Shown here piece by piece: positions 27,439-37,496 of a stretch of 64,000 bases of DNA (the first letter of the stretch is position 1; each line of letters opens with the position of its first letter). The position numbers and the translations under genes are program-made. Where the stretch lies: positions 1-64,000 of the IMG/VR virus record IMGVR_UViG_3300025141_012285. One strand, written 5' to 3'. Under the pieces are notes generated by a model. That model was not told where the DNA came from. It saw nothing but the letters and a program-made list of their open reading frames with translations, and ran no database searches. This stretch comes from a virus.

Positions 27439-27693
27439 ATGAAGCTGAAGAAGCAATATACCAAGAACGATAAGGTTCTTGTAAAAACGTTTGCGGGCCC
27501 AGACGTCTGTGTAACACTCAAAGAAAGATATATTGCCTCTAAATCCGAACTCCAACTTGGAGTAGACGGCTGGGACGCACAAATTTATAAACAAAAAGAT
27601 GTTGAAAAGTTACGCAAGTGTGGTGTACCATACACAAAGGGCGAAAAGCCAATGGTTTTTGTGCCTGATCGGCAAATAATCAAAAAATGCTAA
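27439..27693 (+). CDS. hypothetical protein (SH3-like)
   Basis: YTKNDKVLVK pattern. Confidence 0.6.
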   Translation: MKLKKQYTKNDKVLVKTFAGPDVCVTLKERYIASKSELQLGVDGWDAQIYKQKDVEKLRKCGVPYTKGEKPMVFVPDRQIIKKC

Positions 27694-27735
27694 CAGTCTG
27701 ATACATCATACTAGTTATAGACACAAAGGGAAGGC

Positions 27736-29073
27736 ATGGCTACCAAAAAGAACTATGTGCTCGACACGAGTGTGTATTTAACCGAAGCTAGTTCCGTATT
27801 GAAGTTTGGAAGAAACGATATTTTCGTACCGCTTAAAGTGCTAGAAGAGATCGACGGACATAAGAAGCGCCAAGATTCCGTTGGCGCCAACGCACGCCAC
27901 TTTGTTCGAATTTTAGATGAATTGCGTACCAAAGGATCGCTTGAAAAAGGCGTAAGGATCGACAAGGGGCTTGGGATATTAAGGGTCATGTCTTATAGTT
28001 GTCTTAAAGAGGCTATATTTCCTCCTGATTTAGATATTCGTCACCCCGACCATGCTATAATAGCAACGGCTAAAGCTGTTCAGATAAATGAGCCTGAAAA
28101 GAAAACAATCTTGGTCTCTCGTGATATTAATATGCGAGTTATCTGTGATTCAATTGGCATGCCGGCCGAAGACTACACATCTGAAAGGGCCGTAAAATCT
28201 TCAGACGAATTATACAATGGATTTGTCATTCAATCAGTGGATGAACAAGTCATCGATCGCTATTATGATGGTGACGCTATAACCATAGCAGAAGATGAAA
28301 CGGATGAACTTTGGTATCCTAACCAATATATAATGATGGTTTCCAACTCTAATGAAAAGAAATCAGCTTTGGCTAAATTTGAAAGCCACCACGCTCCTTT
28401 GAAAAAAGTAATCCATAAGAATATTCCTGATTGGAAAATAGAATCCCGCAATAAAGAACAAGCATTCGCAATTGATATGTTAATGAATCCCAACATTAAG
28501 ATTGTGTCCCTTGTTGGGCGCGCCGGCTCCGGAAAAACTCTTATGGCCGTAGCTGCTGGGTTACAACAGACAATAGGATTACGCTCGGACGAAAACCACT
28601 ATGATCGTTTGATAGTCTCAAGACCGGTCCAACCTCTTGGGAAGGATATTGGGTTCCTTCCCGGCACCATGCAAGAAAAGATGTTGCCATGGCTGATGCC
28701 AATTCAAGATAACTTAAAGTTTTTAATGGGAGATAGAACTTCATTGGAAATGTATATGGATAAGGGAAAGATTGAAGTAGAGGCGTTAACGTACATTAGA
28801 GGGCGTTCAATCGCTAACGCGTACATTGTCATAGACGAGGCTCAAAACCTCACCAAACACGAAGTAAAGACGATTATCACCCGTATTGGAGAGGGTTCGA
28901 AGATAATACTCACAGGAGATATTGAACAAATCGATAATGTGTATGTAAATGAGACTTCCAACGGTCTCGCCCATGCTATTGAGAAATTTAAAGAGTATCC
29001 AATAGCCGGCCATGTTACATTTCGAAAAGGCGAGAGATCTGAGTTGGCAACGCTAGCGTCTAAAGTTTTGTAA
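27736..29073 (+). CDS. phoH: PIN-PhoH family ATPase
   Basis: PIN domain YVLDTSV...VLEEID...SRDINMR; GRAGSGKT, GFLPG, YIRGRS, IDEAQN, LTGD. Confidence 0.95.
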   Translation: MATKKNYVLDTSVYLTEASSVLKFGRNDIFVPLKVLEEIDGHKKRQDSVGANARHFVRILDELRTKGSLEKGVRIDKGLGILRVMSYSCLKEAIFPPDLDIRHPDHAIIATAKAVQINEPEKKTILVSRDINMRVICDSIGMPAEDYTSERAVKSSDELYNGFVIQSVDEQVIDRYYDGDAITIAEDETDELWYPNQYIMMVSNSNEKKSALAKFESHHAPLKKVIHKNIPDWKIESRNKEQAFAIDMLMNPNIKIVSLVGRAGSGKTLMAVAAGLQQTIGLRSDENHYDRLIVSRPVQPLGKDIGFLPGTMQEKMLPWLMPIQDNLKFLMGDRTSLEMYMDKGKIEVEALTYIRGRSIANAYIVIDEAQNLTKHEVKTIITRIGEGSKIILTGDIEQIDNVYVNETSNGLAHAIEKFKEYPIAGHVTFRKGERSELATLASKVL

Positions 29074-29074
29074 A

Positions 29075-29103
29075 TTTACAAAGACGAAGATACGTGCTAT
29101 AGT
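29075..29103 (+). promoter_or_regulatory. sigma70-type promoter of the Fe-S operon
   Basis: TTTACA, 17 bp spacer, TGn-TATAGT. Confidence 0.65.
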
Positions 29104-29134
29104 CTATATACGATAGCTAAAAAGGTCTATTACA

Positions 29135-29530
29135 ATGTCATATTCAGAAAAAGTTCTTGATCATATGGAGAATCCTCGCAATGTTGGAAGCATGGATAAA
29201 GAGTCCCCGAACGTTGGAACGGGAATCGTTGGTGCACCCGCATGTGGTGATGTGTTAAAGCTGCAATTGAAAATTAATGATAATGGATTGATCGAGGAAG
29301 CCAAGTTTAAAACTTTTGGGTGTGGTTCTGCTATCGCCTCTAGCTCTTTAATCACCACCATGGTAAAAGGTATACATGTAGACGACGCCATGGAAATTTC
29401 TAACTTCGAAATAGCGAAAGAGCTATCACTCCCCCCAGTTAAAATACATTGTTCAGTATTGGCTGAGGATGCAATCAAAGCCGCTATCCATGACTGGGAA
29501 GCTAAACAGGACGATACAAAAGATGAATAG
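29135..29530 (+). CDS. iscU: Fe-S cluster scaffold IscU
   Basis: YSEKVLDH, NPRNVG, GAPACGDV, FGCGSAIASSS, LPPVKIHCSVLAEDA. Confidence 0.97.
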   Translation: MSYSEKVLDHMENPRNVGSMDKESPNVGTGIVGAPACGDVLKLQLKINDNGLIEEAKFKTFGCGSAIASSSLITTMVKGIHVDDAMEISNFEIAKELSLPPVKIHCSVLAEDAIKAAIHDWEAKQDDTKDE

Positions 29531-29786
29531 AGAGGCCATACAAGATTTTGTTGATGAAGATATTAACCCAGCACTCTCCATGCATGGTGGCCATTTAAAA
29601 ATTGTGTCGGTAGACGACAAGGGCCTTGTTGAAATTGAGTTAAGCGGTGGCTGTCAAGGATGTGCCTCAGCCAGCGAAACTGTAAAAACTGCAGCTAGCG
29701 AGTTGATGAGGAATAAATTCCCCGGGATAACAGATATTAAAGATATTACTGATCATTCCGCAGGAGAGGATCCATACCACAAATGA
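29523..29786 (+). CDS. NifU/NfuA C-terminal domain Fe-S carrier
   Basis: INPALSMHGG, GGCQGC, DITDH..GEDPY. Confidence 0.9.
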   Translation: MNREAIQDFVDEDINPALSMHGGHLKIVSVDDKGLVEIELSGGCQGCASASETVKTAASELMRNKFPGITDIKDITDHSAGEDPYHK

Positions 29787-30106
29787 TTACTGTAACTGAA
29801 GCAGCCAAAGATAAGATAAGAACTATAATGGCAAAAAGGCAAACCCCAGGCCAATATTTGAGAATAGCCCTGCAGGGTGGTGGCTGTTCGGGATTTATGT
29901 ATAGCTATGATTTAGTATCAGAACCAGATGAAAAGGATAAGATATTTGAATTTGACGATGTAAAAATTTGCATTGATATAAAGTCGTATTTATTTTTAAG
30001 TGGAATGGAAATAGATTACGAAGAAGATTTATTAAAGTCGGGATTAGTATTCAACGCACCGCAAGCTAAACGCACATGCGGATGCGGAGAATCAATATCA
30101 TTTTAA
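29783..30106 (+). CDS. iscA: A-type Fe-S carrier IscA/HesB
   Basis: ITVTEAA, GGGCSGFMY, TCGCGES. Confidence 0.93.
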   Translation: MITVTEAAKDKIRTIMAKRQTPGQYLRIALQGGGCSGFMYSYDLVSEPDEKDKIFEFDDVKICIDIKSYLFLSGMEIDYEEDLLKSGLVFNAPQAKRTCGCGESISF

Positions 30107-30121
30107 AAAATAGGAGAAAAA

Positions 30122-30409
30122 ATGAGCGACACACCAACAACAATCACCGAAGAAGCGGTGCACAACAACCCTATATTATCAATGGTTGTAGAAAAAGATT
30201 CAGATTTGAAAGAATATCTGGTACAATATGTGGGAACCAAATTGGATAAAGAAGAAGTGACTGTAGAAATGATTACGGAAATACTTGCGGTTGAGTTCCC
30301 AGAGTTTATGTACTCCATGGCCGAAGAAAACTTTCTCCTAGGCTATAAACAAGGATTAGATGATGCTGAGAAATTATATAATAGAAAAACAGAACCAACT
30401 GAAGAATAA
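30122..30409 (+). CDS. hypothetical protein
   Basis: SD AGGAG. Confidence 0.75.
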   Translation: MSDTPTTITEEAVHNNPILSMVVEKDSDLKEYLVQYVGTKLDKEEVTVEMITEILAVEFPEFMYSMAEENFLLGYKQGLDDAEKLYNRKTEPTEE

Positions 30410-31058
30410 AACTGTGGATTTTTACACCCCGGGTGGACTACATGTTTTCTTTCAACATCCCGTAGAAGGGGTAGATGTAGAAAAAGTTATCGACAAAGTG
30501 GAGATGATGATCCCACACCATCTCTTAGACGAGGTGGAAATGATTATTTTTGGATGGTTTGACGAATTTGAAGAGAGATCTATAAATGCATTTTATGATG
30601 ATAATGCGTTATATATTTCTTATCTGCAAGAAGGTGAAGAAGATCTTTACGACGATATTGTTCACGAGATTGCCCATTCGCTGGAAAATGCGCACGGATA
30701 TCAGATATACGCAGATGAAAAGATTAAAGAAGAGTTTCTGCGAAAGCGGAAACACTTGCATGACATTCTGTGGAACACAGGATTCAAAGCACCTATATCT
30801 TTTTTTGAAAATACCGAATACGATAAAGAGTTCGACAAGTTTTTGTATGAGAAGATAGGGTATGACAAACTCGCAACGCTTATGCAGGGATTATTTGTGA
30901 GTCCGTATGCTGCAACTTCCCTAAGAGAATACTTTGCGACAGGCTTTGCAGAATATTATCTGGATTCCAACCATAAGTTCTTCAATCAGGTTTCCCCGGC
31001 GCTGTACGAGAAGATAGCCTTTCTACAAAAAATAAAAAATCTTGACTTTGATGCCTGA
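30360..31058 (+). CDS. HExxH zincin-like metallopeptidase
   Basis: VHEIAH...YAATSLREYFA. Confidence 0.75.
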   Translation: MMLRNYIIEKQNQLKNKTVDFYTPGGLHVFFQHPVEGVDVEKVIDKVEMMIPHHLLDEVEMIIFGWFDEFEERSINAFYDDNALYISYLQEGEEDLYDDIVHEIAHSLENAHGYQIYADEKIKEEFLRKRKHLHDILWNTGFKAPISFFENTEYDKEFDKFLYEKIGYDKLATLMQGLFVSPYAATSLREYFATGFAEYYLDSNHKFFNQVSPALYEKIAFLQKIKNLDFDA

Positions 31059-31070
31059 TTGCGTTATACT
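31042..31070 (+). promoter_or_regulatory. sigma70-type promoter
   Basis: TTGACT, 17 bp spacer, TATACT. Confidence 0.7.
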
Positions 31071-31094
31071 ACCTTAAACACATTAGGAGTTACT

Positions 31095-31862
31095 GTGCCT
31101 CATATATCTTATTCGGAATTAAAAGATTGGAAATTCTGCGCTTTTTACCACAAGCTTACACGCGTGGATGGCATTGACGGGTTCAAGGGGAATGAATATA
31201 CCGCCTTTGGATCTGCCATTCACTCCGTTTGCGAAAAGAAACTACTCCAAGAAGAACTGACAGATGATTTTTTTGTTACAGAGTTGGAAAAGAATATAGC
31301 GTCTTTAAATGAAGTAGAGATTAACGATCAACTTGTCCATCAAATGATGGGTCAGGGAAAGAAGATAATTCCCGAAATAGATGACGCGCTGGAAGAATAC
31401 TTTGAAGAATACGAAGTGATGGCCGTCGAAATGCCGTTAATGGAAAGTATTGACGGCGAAGAAGAATACAAATTCAAAGGTTATATCGATGCGATAGTCG
31501 CAACTCCCGATGGAAAAGTACATATTTTTGACTGGAAGACATGCTCGTGGGGATGGGATGCCCGCAAACGCGCCGATCCCATAGTCACTTATCAACTTAC
31601 TTTATACAAAGAGTTCTTTTGCAAAAAAATGGATATTGATCCCAAGAACGTAGAAACGCACTTCGCACTACTTAAGAGAACAACCAATAAAAACCACGTG
31701 GAGTTTTTCCGAGTTACGAGCGGACCAAAAAAAACAGAAAATGCGCTTAAACTTTTAAACACGGCATTATACAATATCAAGAACAGTCGATATATTAAGA
31801 ACCGACTTTCTTGTACGGGCGGTTATGGCTGTAAATTTTATAAGACAGAACACTGTCCATGA
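31095..31862 (+). CDS. PD-(D/E)XK RecB/Cas4-like exonuclease
   Basis: ISYS..C, FGSAIH, GYIDAI, IFDWKT, QLTLY; one N-terminal plus three C-terminal Cys; GTG after AGGAG. Confidence 0.88.
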   Translation: MPHISYSELKDWKFCAFYHKLTRVDGIDGFKGNEYTAFGSAIHSVCEKKLLQEELTDDFFVTELEKNIASLNEVEINDQLVHQMMGQGKKIIPEIDDALEEYFEEYEVMAVEMPLMESIDGEEEYKFKGYIDAIVATPDGKVHIFDWKTCSWGWDARKRADPIVTYQLTLYKEFFCKKMDIDPKNVETHFALLKRTTNKNHVEFFRVTSGPKKTENALKLLNTALYNIKNSRYIKNRLSCTGGYGCKFYKTEHCP

Positions 31863-31869
31863 GGAATAA

Positions 31870-33159
31870 ATGAATAAAAAGAAAATCTTGGTCCTAGCTG
31901 ACCATCCACTTTCACCTTCGGGTGTTGGTACACAAACTAAATATATGATTGAAGCCCTGCTTAAAACCGGCCGCTATAAATTTATTTGTTTAGGGGGCGC
32001 CATGACGCACAATGACTATAATGCGGTCAGAGTAGACCCATATGGCGACGATTGGGTTATCTATCCTGTTGATGGGTACGGAAATCATGAGATTATTAGA
32101 TCGTTGCTAGCAAAAGAGAAACCAGACGTACTTTGGTTTATGACGGATCCCCGATTTTACGAATGGCTATGGGAAATTGAAAACGAAGTCCGCGCGAATA
32201 TTCCAATGGTATATTATCACGTTTGGGATAACTTCCCAGCGCCACACTTCAATGGTAAATGGTACCGATCAAATGATCATATTGCCTGCATCTCTAAAGT
32301 TACGCATGCTATTGTTCAAGAAGTGGCGCCTGCGGTTGATTCAACTTATTTGCCCCACGCGGTACCGGCTACAATTTTTCACCCCGCCTCAACTCCAGAA
32401 GAGAAGGCGGAAGCAGTGAACGTTCGAAATCAAATATTTGAGGCAGACACAGAGCGAAAGTTTGTAAATCCTAAAAAGAAGATCTTCTTCTGGAATAGTC
32501 GAAATGCCCGCCGTAAACAAAGCGGAACATTGATCTGGTGGTTTAAAGAACTGCTTGATGAAATAGGACACGATAAGGCTACGTTGTTGATGCATACCGA
32601 CCCTCGTGATCCACATGGTCAGGATTTACCTCATATTATCGAGCACTTAGGTCTTATCTCTGGCCAAGTTTTACTTTCCTCGGTTAAGATTCCACCCGAG
32701 GCCATGGCCAATATGTATCGCGCCGCGGATTATACGATCGGTATTAGTGACGCAGAAGGCTTCGGCCTATCTACTCTAGAGTCTTTGACTTGCGGCACTC
32801 CGATTATCGTTAATATGACCGGCGGCCTGCAGGAACAGGTTACAAATGGAAAAGAATGGTTTGGGTGGGGGATCCAGCCGAGCAGCAAAGCCGTAATTGG
32901 TTCATTACAAGTCCCCTATATTTACGAGGACCGCATCGGCCAGGAAGACTTTAATCGTGTGATGAAGAAGGCATTAGCCTTAAGTGCACCAAAATACAAA
33001 AAGATGAGCGAAATGGGCTTGCAACATATAAAGAATAACTATAACTTTGAAGACTATGAACAAAATTGGATTAATCTCATGGATAATATTGTTGAGAAAC
33101 ACGGCTCCTGGGAAAATCGCAAAAATCATAGACGATGGCATTTATTGGAGGTGGCATAA
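31870..33159 (+). CDS. GT-B (GT4-like) glycosyltransferase
   Basis: SGVG, RNARRK, EGFGLSTLESLTCGTP. Confidence 0.9.
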   Translation: MNKKKILVLADHPLSPSGVGTQTKYMIEALLKTGRYKFICLGGAMTHNDYNAVRVDPYGDDWVIYPVDGYGNHEIIRSLLAKEKPDVLWFMTDPRFYEWLWEIENEVRANIPMVYYHVWDNFPAPHFNGKWYRSNDHIACISKVTHAIVQEVAPAVDSTYLPHAVPATIFHPASTPEEKAEAVNVRNQIFEADTERKFVNPKKKIFFWNSRNARRKQSGTLIWWFKELLDEIGHDKATLLMHTDPRDPHGQDLPHIIEHLGLISGQVLLSSVKIPPEAMANMYRAADYTIGISDAEGFGLSTLESLTCGTPIIVNMTGGLQEQVTNGKEWFGWGIQPSSKAVIGSLQVPYIYEDRIGQEDFNRVMKKALALSAPKYKKMSEMGLQHIKNNYNFEDYEQNWINLMDNIVEKHGSWENRKNHRRWHLLEVA

Positions 33160-34409
33160 TGCGTAAAACAGTTGTACTGAGAGGCCCGGTCCTCACTAGA
33201 TCTGGCTATGGCGAACAGGCGCGATTTGCACTGCGCTCGCTCCGCAGTAGAGAGGACATCTTTGATATTTATATTCATCCTCTGCAGTGGGGGCATACCA
33301 GTTGGCTACACGAAGATAATGAAGAGAGAAAATGGATGGACACGAAAATTGAGCAAACAATCAGTCACGTCCAGAATAACGGGACGTTTGATTATTCGGT
33401 TCAGGTAACCATACCCAATGAGTGGGAGAATATTGCAACCAAAAATATAGGTTACACAGCAGGTATTGAAACCACCAAAATCGCACACGAGTGGATTCAA
33501 AAGGGTAACGAGATGGATTCCATTATTGTGGTTTCTAATCATTCTAAAAACGTTTATGAAAGTACTCATTACGAAGCAGTGGTAGAACAAACAGGCGAGC
33601 CCGTGACCCTAAAGAACACAGTCCCCATCACCGCAGTTAACTATCCAGTAAAGACTTATGAAAACTTAGAAGAACCAGAGTTGAATTTGACGACTGATTA
33701 TAACTTCTTGTGTGTGGCCCAATTCGGGCCCCGCAAAAATCTAGAGAACACTATCAAGTGGTTTTTAGAAGAATTTAAGAACGATTCGGATGTTGGTCTT
33801 GTGGTCAAAACTAATATAGCAAAAAACTGTTCCGTCGATCGAGAAGTTTGTTATGCACGCCTTGCTAATACTGCAAAGCAGGTACCTGATCACAAATGTA
33901 AACTATATTTGTTACATGGAGACTTAACAGACGAAGAAATGCATTCAATGTATATCCATCCAAAAATTAAAGCAGCGCTCTCTCTCTCACATGGTGAAGG
34001 GTTTGGGTTACCTTTGTTTGAGGCAGCTTATATGGGCATCCCCGTGGTGGCCACCGGGTGGTCCGGACAGCTAGACTTTCTCTGTGACGAAGAAGGCAAA
34101 AACAATTTCTATAATGTTAGTTTTGATATGGTCCCAATACCCGAAAATGTAGTTTGGGATGGCGTCCTTATTAAAGATTCTATGTGGGCTGTTCCTCGCG
34201 AGCAAGGATCTAAGACTAAAATGAGAGAATGTTACGAAGCAACAAAAGAGGGAGATGTCCAAAAACACAGGGAATATGCAAAAGAACTTGCTACCAGATT
34301 TTCTGAAGAAAAAATGTATAAGGAGTTCATCGATGCGATGGGTATTGATGAAGAAGAGTTCAATGTGGAAAGCTGGCTCGATGGTTTGGATATCGAAGAA
34401 ATAGATTAG
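33159..34409 (+). CDS. GT-B (GT4-like) glycosyltransferase
   Basis: SGYG, PRKN, GEGFGLPLFEAAYMGIPVVATGWSG. Confidence 0.9.
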   Translation: MRKTVVLRGPVLTRSGYGEQARFALRSLRSREDIFDIYIHPLQWGHTSWLHEDNEERKWMDTKIEQTISHVQNNGTFDYSVQVTIPNEWENIATKNIGYTAGIETTKIAHEWIQKGNEMDSIIVVSNHSKNVYESTHYEAVVEQTGEPVTLKNTVPITAVNYPVKTYENLEEPELNLTTDYNFLCVAQFGPRKNLENTIKWFLEEFKNDSDVGLVVKTNIAKNCSVDREVCYARLANTAKQVPDHKCKLYLLHGDLTDEEMHSMYIHPKIKAALSLSHGEGFGLPLFEAAYMGIPVVATGWSGQLDFLCDEEGKNNFYNVSFDMVPIPENVVWDGVLIKDSMWAVPREQGSKTKMRECYEATKEGDVQKHREYAKELATRFSEEKMYKEFIDAMGIDEEEFNVESWLDGLDIEEID

Positions 34410-35245
34410 TGAAAATAATATTCATCGCAGATTTTTTTGTGGAACAAGTGCTTGGCGGCGGCGAGTTAAATAATGACGAACTTCTGCAAATATTGGTTGC
34501 TAATGGTCATGGTGTCATAAAGATGAATAGTCACAATTTGACTGAATCTTTTATAAAGAATAACAAAGACGCCCATTTTATAATCGCCAACTTTGTCAAT
34601 GTGAAGCCCTACCTACTAGGGCATTTTTATGATAAAAAGTATATTATCTACGAGCATGATCACAAGTATATGCTTTCCCGGAATCCGGGTGCCTATCCCG
34701 ATTTTAAGGCGCCCCCCGAAGCGCTTGTAAACGTTGAGCTTTATAAAAATGCACAAGCAGTGCTCTGTCAATCTCAGTTCCATCTGGAAATAATAAAGAT
34801 GAATCTCCAGTTAGAAAATCTTATTAATTTGAGTGGGAACATTTGGTCTACATCTTCCTTGGATTTGATGTTGAGAATGTCTAAGAAAGAAAAGCAAGAC
34901 ATGTGTTCGATCATGCATTCTCAGATTCCTCACAAGAATACGAGAGAAGCGGTTATGTATTGCGAGCACACAAAAAAGCCATATAAATTGATATCTAGTA
35001 AGAATTACGAGTCATTTTTAGATCAACTAAGTGATAACCAAACGTTCATATTCTTTCCCCAGACTCCTGAAACCCTCTCTAGGGTTGTTGTAGAGGCTCG
35101 CATGATGGGGATGAGTGTTATCGTTAATAAAATGATTGGCGCCACGCGTGAACCATGGTACGAACTGAAAGGCAAAGAGTTGATTGAATATATGCATGCT
35201 AAACGAACTGCAATTGCGGATTTAGTGGCTAAGGCGGTAGCATGA
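34409..35245 (+). CDS. GT-B glycosyltransferase-like protein
   Basis: GGGE, ETLSRVVVEARMMG. Confidence 0.75.
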   Translation: MKIIFIADFFVEQVLGGGELNNDELLQILVANGHGVIKMNSHNLTESFIKNNKDAHFIIANFVNVKPYLLGHFYDKKYIIYEHDHKYMLSRNPGAYPDFKAPPEALVNVELYKNAQAVLCQSQFHLEIIKMNLQLENLINLSGNIWSTSSLDLMLRMSKKEKQDMCSIMHSQIPHKNTREAVMYCEHTKKPYKLISSKNYESFLDQLSDNQTFIFFPQTPETLSRVVVEARMMGMSVIVNKMIGATREPWYELKGKELIEYMHAKRTAIADLVAKAVA

Positions 35246-36309
35246 ACTTGATTCTTTCCTATCCGCGGAGCGGAAGCACTTTTGTGCGCTATATTATTGA
35301 ACACTTTACGAAGCGCCCAACGCGGGGCCCACCTACTTCAACAAACCTTGTTGATAGTCCGCGCATTGAGAAATATAAAAATGAAAAACCCGTCGCTTTT
35401 AAGATACATGGAGAAGATGCCCTGCACCAAGAATATATCCATGCCATGCTGAAGCGCAATATACCTTTAATATTTTTGATGCGTAATCCAATGGAGATGT
35501 TTCCTCGCCACACCGGTCAAGAGAGAGCTTACACCATAGCTTCCGAACCTCCCGTCCCTCCTCTTTCTGCGGATATAGCGTATTTTTTTGAAAACATAAA
35601 AACGTATGAATTGTACGAAGGGAAAAAGCAAATCTTTTATTATGAGGACTTGGTAGAAAAACCCGCATATGTCATAAAACAGCTGTGCGAATTTTTGAAC
35701 GTAGATACAAACGGCGCCGAACAGCGCAAGTTCATGGATAATTTTGAGGAACACTTTGAGAACAGCCGCAGCGCCTATAACGCAGACCAATCCGAAGACT
35801 CAGACCTAGTATTTTTCATGACTTTGGAGCCACCTGGTCCAGGTGGCCAAGGTACCTTTGTTCCCTATTCTCGGTTCCTTCAGCGGGGCAAAAATGCATC
35901 TGATAATCAGAAAATGCCCGGATTGGAGTGGAGTCCGGAGACAGATCTCGATGTATTTAAATTTAAACAGATGCGAATATACCAAGGCCACCCGGACGTA
36001 GAGGTGTTCGATGGCATACCTGAGCTTCATTGGCAATTCGCGCTCGCGCACGATCCTGCAAAACGGACTGATCCACAACACAACGGCATCCTCATCACGT
36101 ATGAGATGGCAGAAGCGACCGCGGTCATCCCGACTACCCTTGAGACCAAAGGAACACACAGTGATGGAAAGACCATCGTTAGCTATTCTCTGAGATTAAC
36201 CCCAAGACAACAAGAAAACTTCTGGAGCAACTTTAAAGAGCTTTGTGGTTCCGGAAACTGGGACACATGCGAGAGATATATGGATATCGAGTATGGGGAG
36301 GAGAAATGA
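35242..36309 (+). CDS. sulfotransferase with inserted domain
   Basis: PAPS motifs SYPRSGSTF, LMRNP, YYEDLV. Confidence 0.85.
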   Translation: MNLILSYPRSGSTFVRYIIEHFTKRPTRGPPTSTNLVDSPRIEKYKNEKPVAFKIHGEDALHQEYIHAMLKRNIPLIFLMRNPMEMFPRHTGQERAYTIASEPPVPPLSADIAYFFENIKTYELYEGKKQIFYYEDLVEKPAYVIKQLCEFLNVDTNGAEQRKFMDNFEEHFENSRSAYNADQSEDSDLVFFMTLEPPGPGGQGTFVPYSRFLQRGKNASDNQKMPGLEWSPETDLDVFKFKQMRIYQGHPDVEVFDGIPELHWQFALAHDPAKRTDPQHNGILITYEMAEATAVIPTTLETKGTHSDGKTIVSYSLRLTPRQQENFWSNFKELCGSGNWDTCERYMDIEYGEEK

Positions 36310-37496
36310 GTATTAATCTTATTCTCTCTTATCCCCGAAGTGGCAGCACTTTTGTGCGCTATATTATTGAACACTTTACGCAGCGCCCCACTCGGGGGCC
36401 CCCCACATCAACCCATCTTATTGATGCGCCTGTTACTTCTATCGACACGAATAAAAAAACAATCGCCGTTAAAATACATGGAGAAGATGCCCGGCACCAA
36501 GAATATATCCATGCCATGCTGAAGCGCAATATACCTTTAATATTTTTGATGCGTAATCCAATGGAGATGTTTACGCGGCATACGGACATCGACCATACGC
36601 GCACAATCGTTCATTATCCGCGAGAAGAAATACCGCAAAATATAGCGTATTTTTTTGAAAACATAAAAACGTATGAATTGTACGAAGGAAAAAAGCAGAT
36701 ATTTTATTATGAAGACTTGGTAGATAATCCAGCCATTGTCATCAAACAGTTGTGCCAGTTTTTGAAAGTAGATCCGAGCGGCAAAGCACAACAAAAATTT
36801 ATGGATAATTTTGATGAGCACTTCAAAAAGAGCCGTCATGTATATAACACGCACCAAGGTAGTCCATCCACGATGCTGTTGTTTCTTGGCATCGACCACT
36901 CTCGCATGCGAGACACCACCTCGATCGAGATGAGTACAATTGCCGAGTGGGCCAACACATTGCCCATCGCAGGCGAGCATCTCGGGATGGACACGGGCCC
37001 AAATAGACCTCCCATAACATTGGTCTTCTTTACTGCGTCCGGAAAACTCAATCCGGGGATAGAAGCGCTCACTCTTCCCCCTCTGGATGACAAAATGCTC
37101 GATTATGTCGCAACCCGACTGATCTCGAAGCGCTACGACACTTTTTGTGGCCCATCCCCATCTGCCCCCGCAGACGCCCTCTCCTGGTACGAGATTGCCA
37201 ATCTTATAAAGAAAGTCGACGTCAGTGCCGGGCCCGGACGTTTCCTAAACCCCTCATTAATTATACACCACGGCAGAGAAGCCATCGAAAAACACGCCAG
37301 CCTTGCAGTTCGAATCCCCACCGATGAAATATATGGTGGAACCCGTAGTGATGGAAAAACCACCACGCGCTATGCTATAGAGTTGACGACCGAGCAACGC
37401 GCAAGATTCTGGAGCAACTTTAAGGAGTTGTGTGGTAAAGACAACTGGCACACATGCGAAAGATATATGAATATTGATTACGGGGCGCCAGCATGA
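36306..37496 (+). CDS. sulfotransferase paralogue with a different inserted domain
   Basis: same motifs; DNA 35404-35502 matches 36474-36572 with 1 mismatch. Confidence 0.85.
   Translation: MSINLILSYPRSGSTFVRYIIEHFTQRPTRGPPTSTHLIDAPVTSIDTNKKTIAVKIHGEDARHQEYIHAMLKRNIPLIFLMRNPMEMFTRHTDIDHTRTIVHYPREEIPQNIAYFFENIKTYELYEGKKQIFYYEDLVDNPAIVIKQLCQFLKVDPSGKAQQKFMDNFDEHFKKSRHVYNTHQGSPSTMLLFLGIDHSRMRDTTSIEMSTIAEWANTLPIAGEHLGMDTGPNRPPITLVFFTASGKLNPGIEALTLPPLDDKMLDYVATRLISKRYDTFCGPSPSAPADALSWYEIANLIKKVDVSAGPGRFLNPSLIIHHGREAIEKHASLAVRIPTDEIYGGTRSDGKTTTRYAIELTTEQRARFWSNFKELCGKDNWHTCERYMNIDYGAPA

Noticed and set aside
27324-27473. Programmed frameshift in a small membrane ORF after the tRNAs
   Set aside because: ATG 27324 is out of frame with the hydrophobic frame starting at 27345, but there is no slippery site; a separate start or a single-base error is as likely
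31095-31862. Cas4-like nuclease as part of a CRISPR-Cas system
   Set aside because: No cas1/cas2 or array nearby; stand-alone Cas4-like nucleases are common in phages
35791-37337. Sulfotransferase inserts as inteins or introns
   Set aside because: No C-terminal HN followed by C/S/T, no homing endonuclease motifs, and the reading frames are continuous
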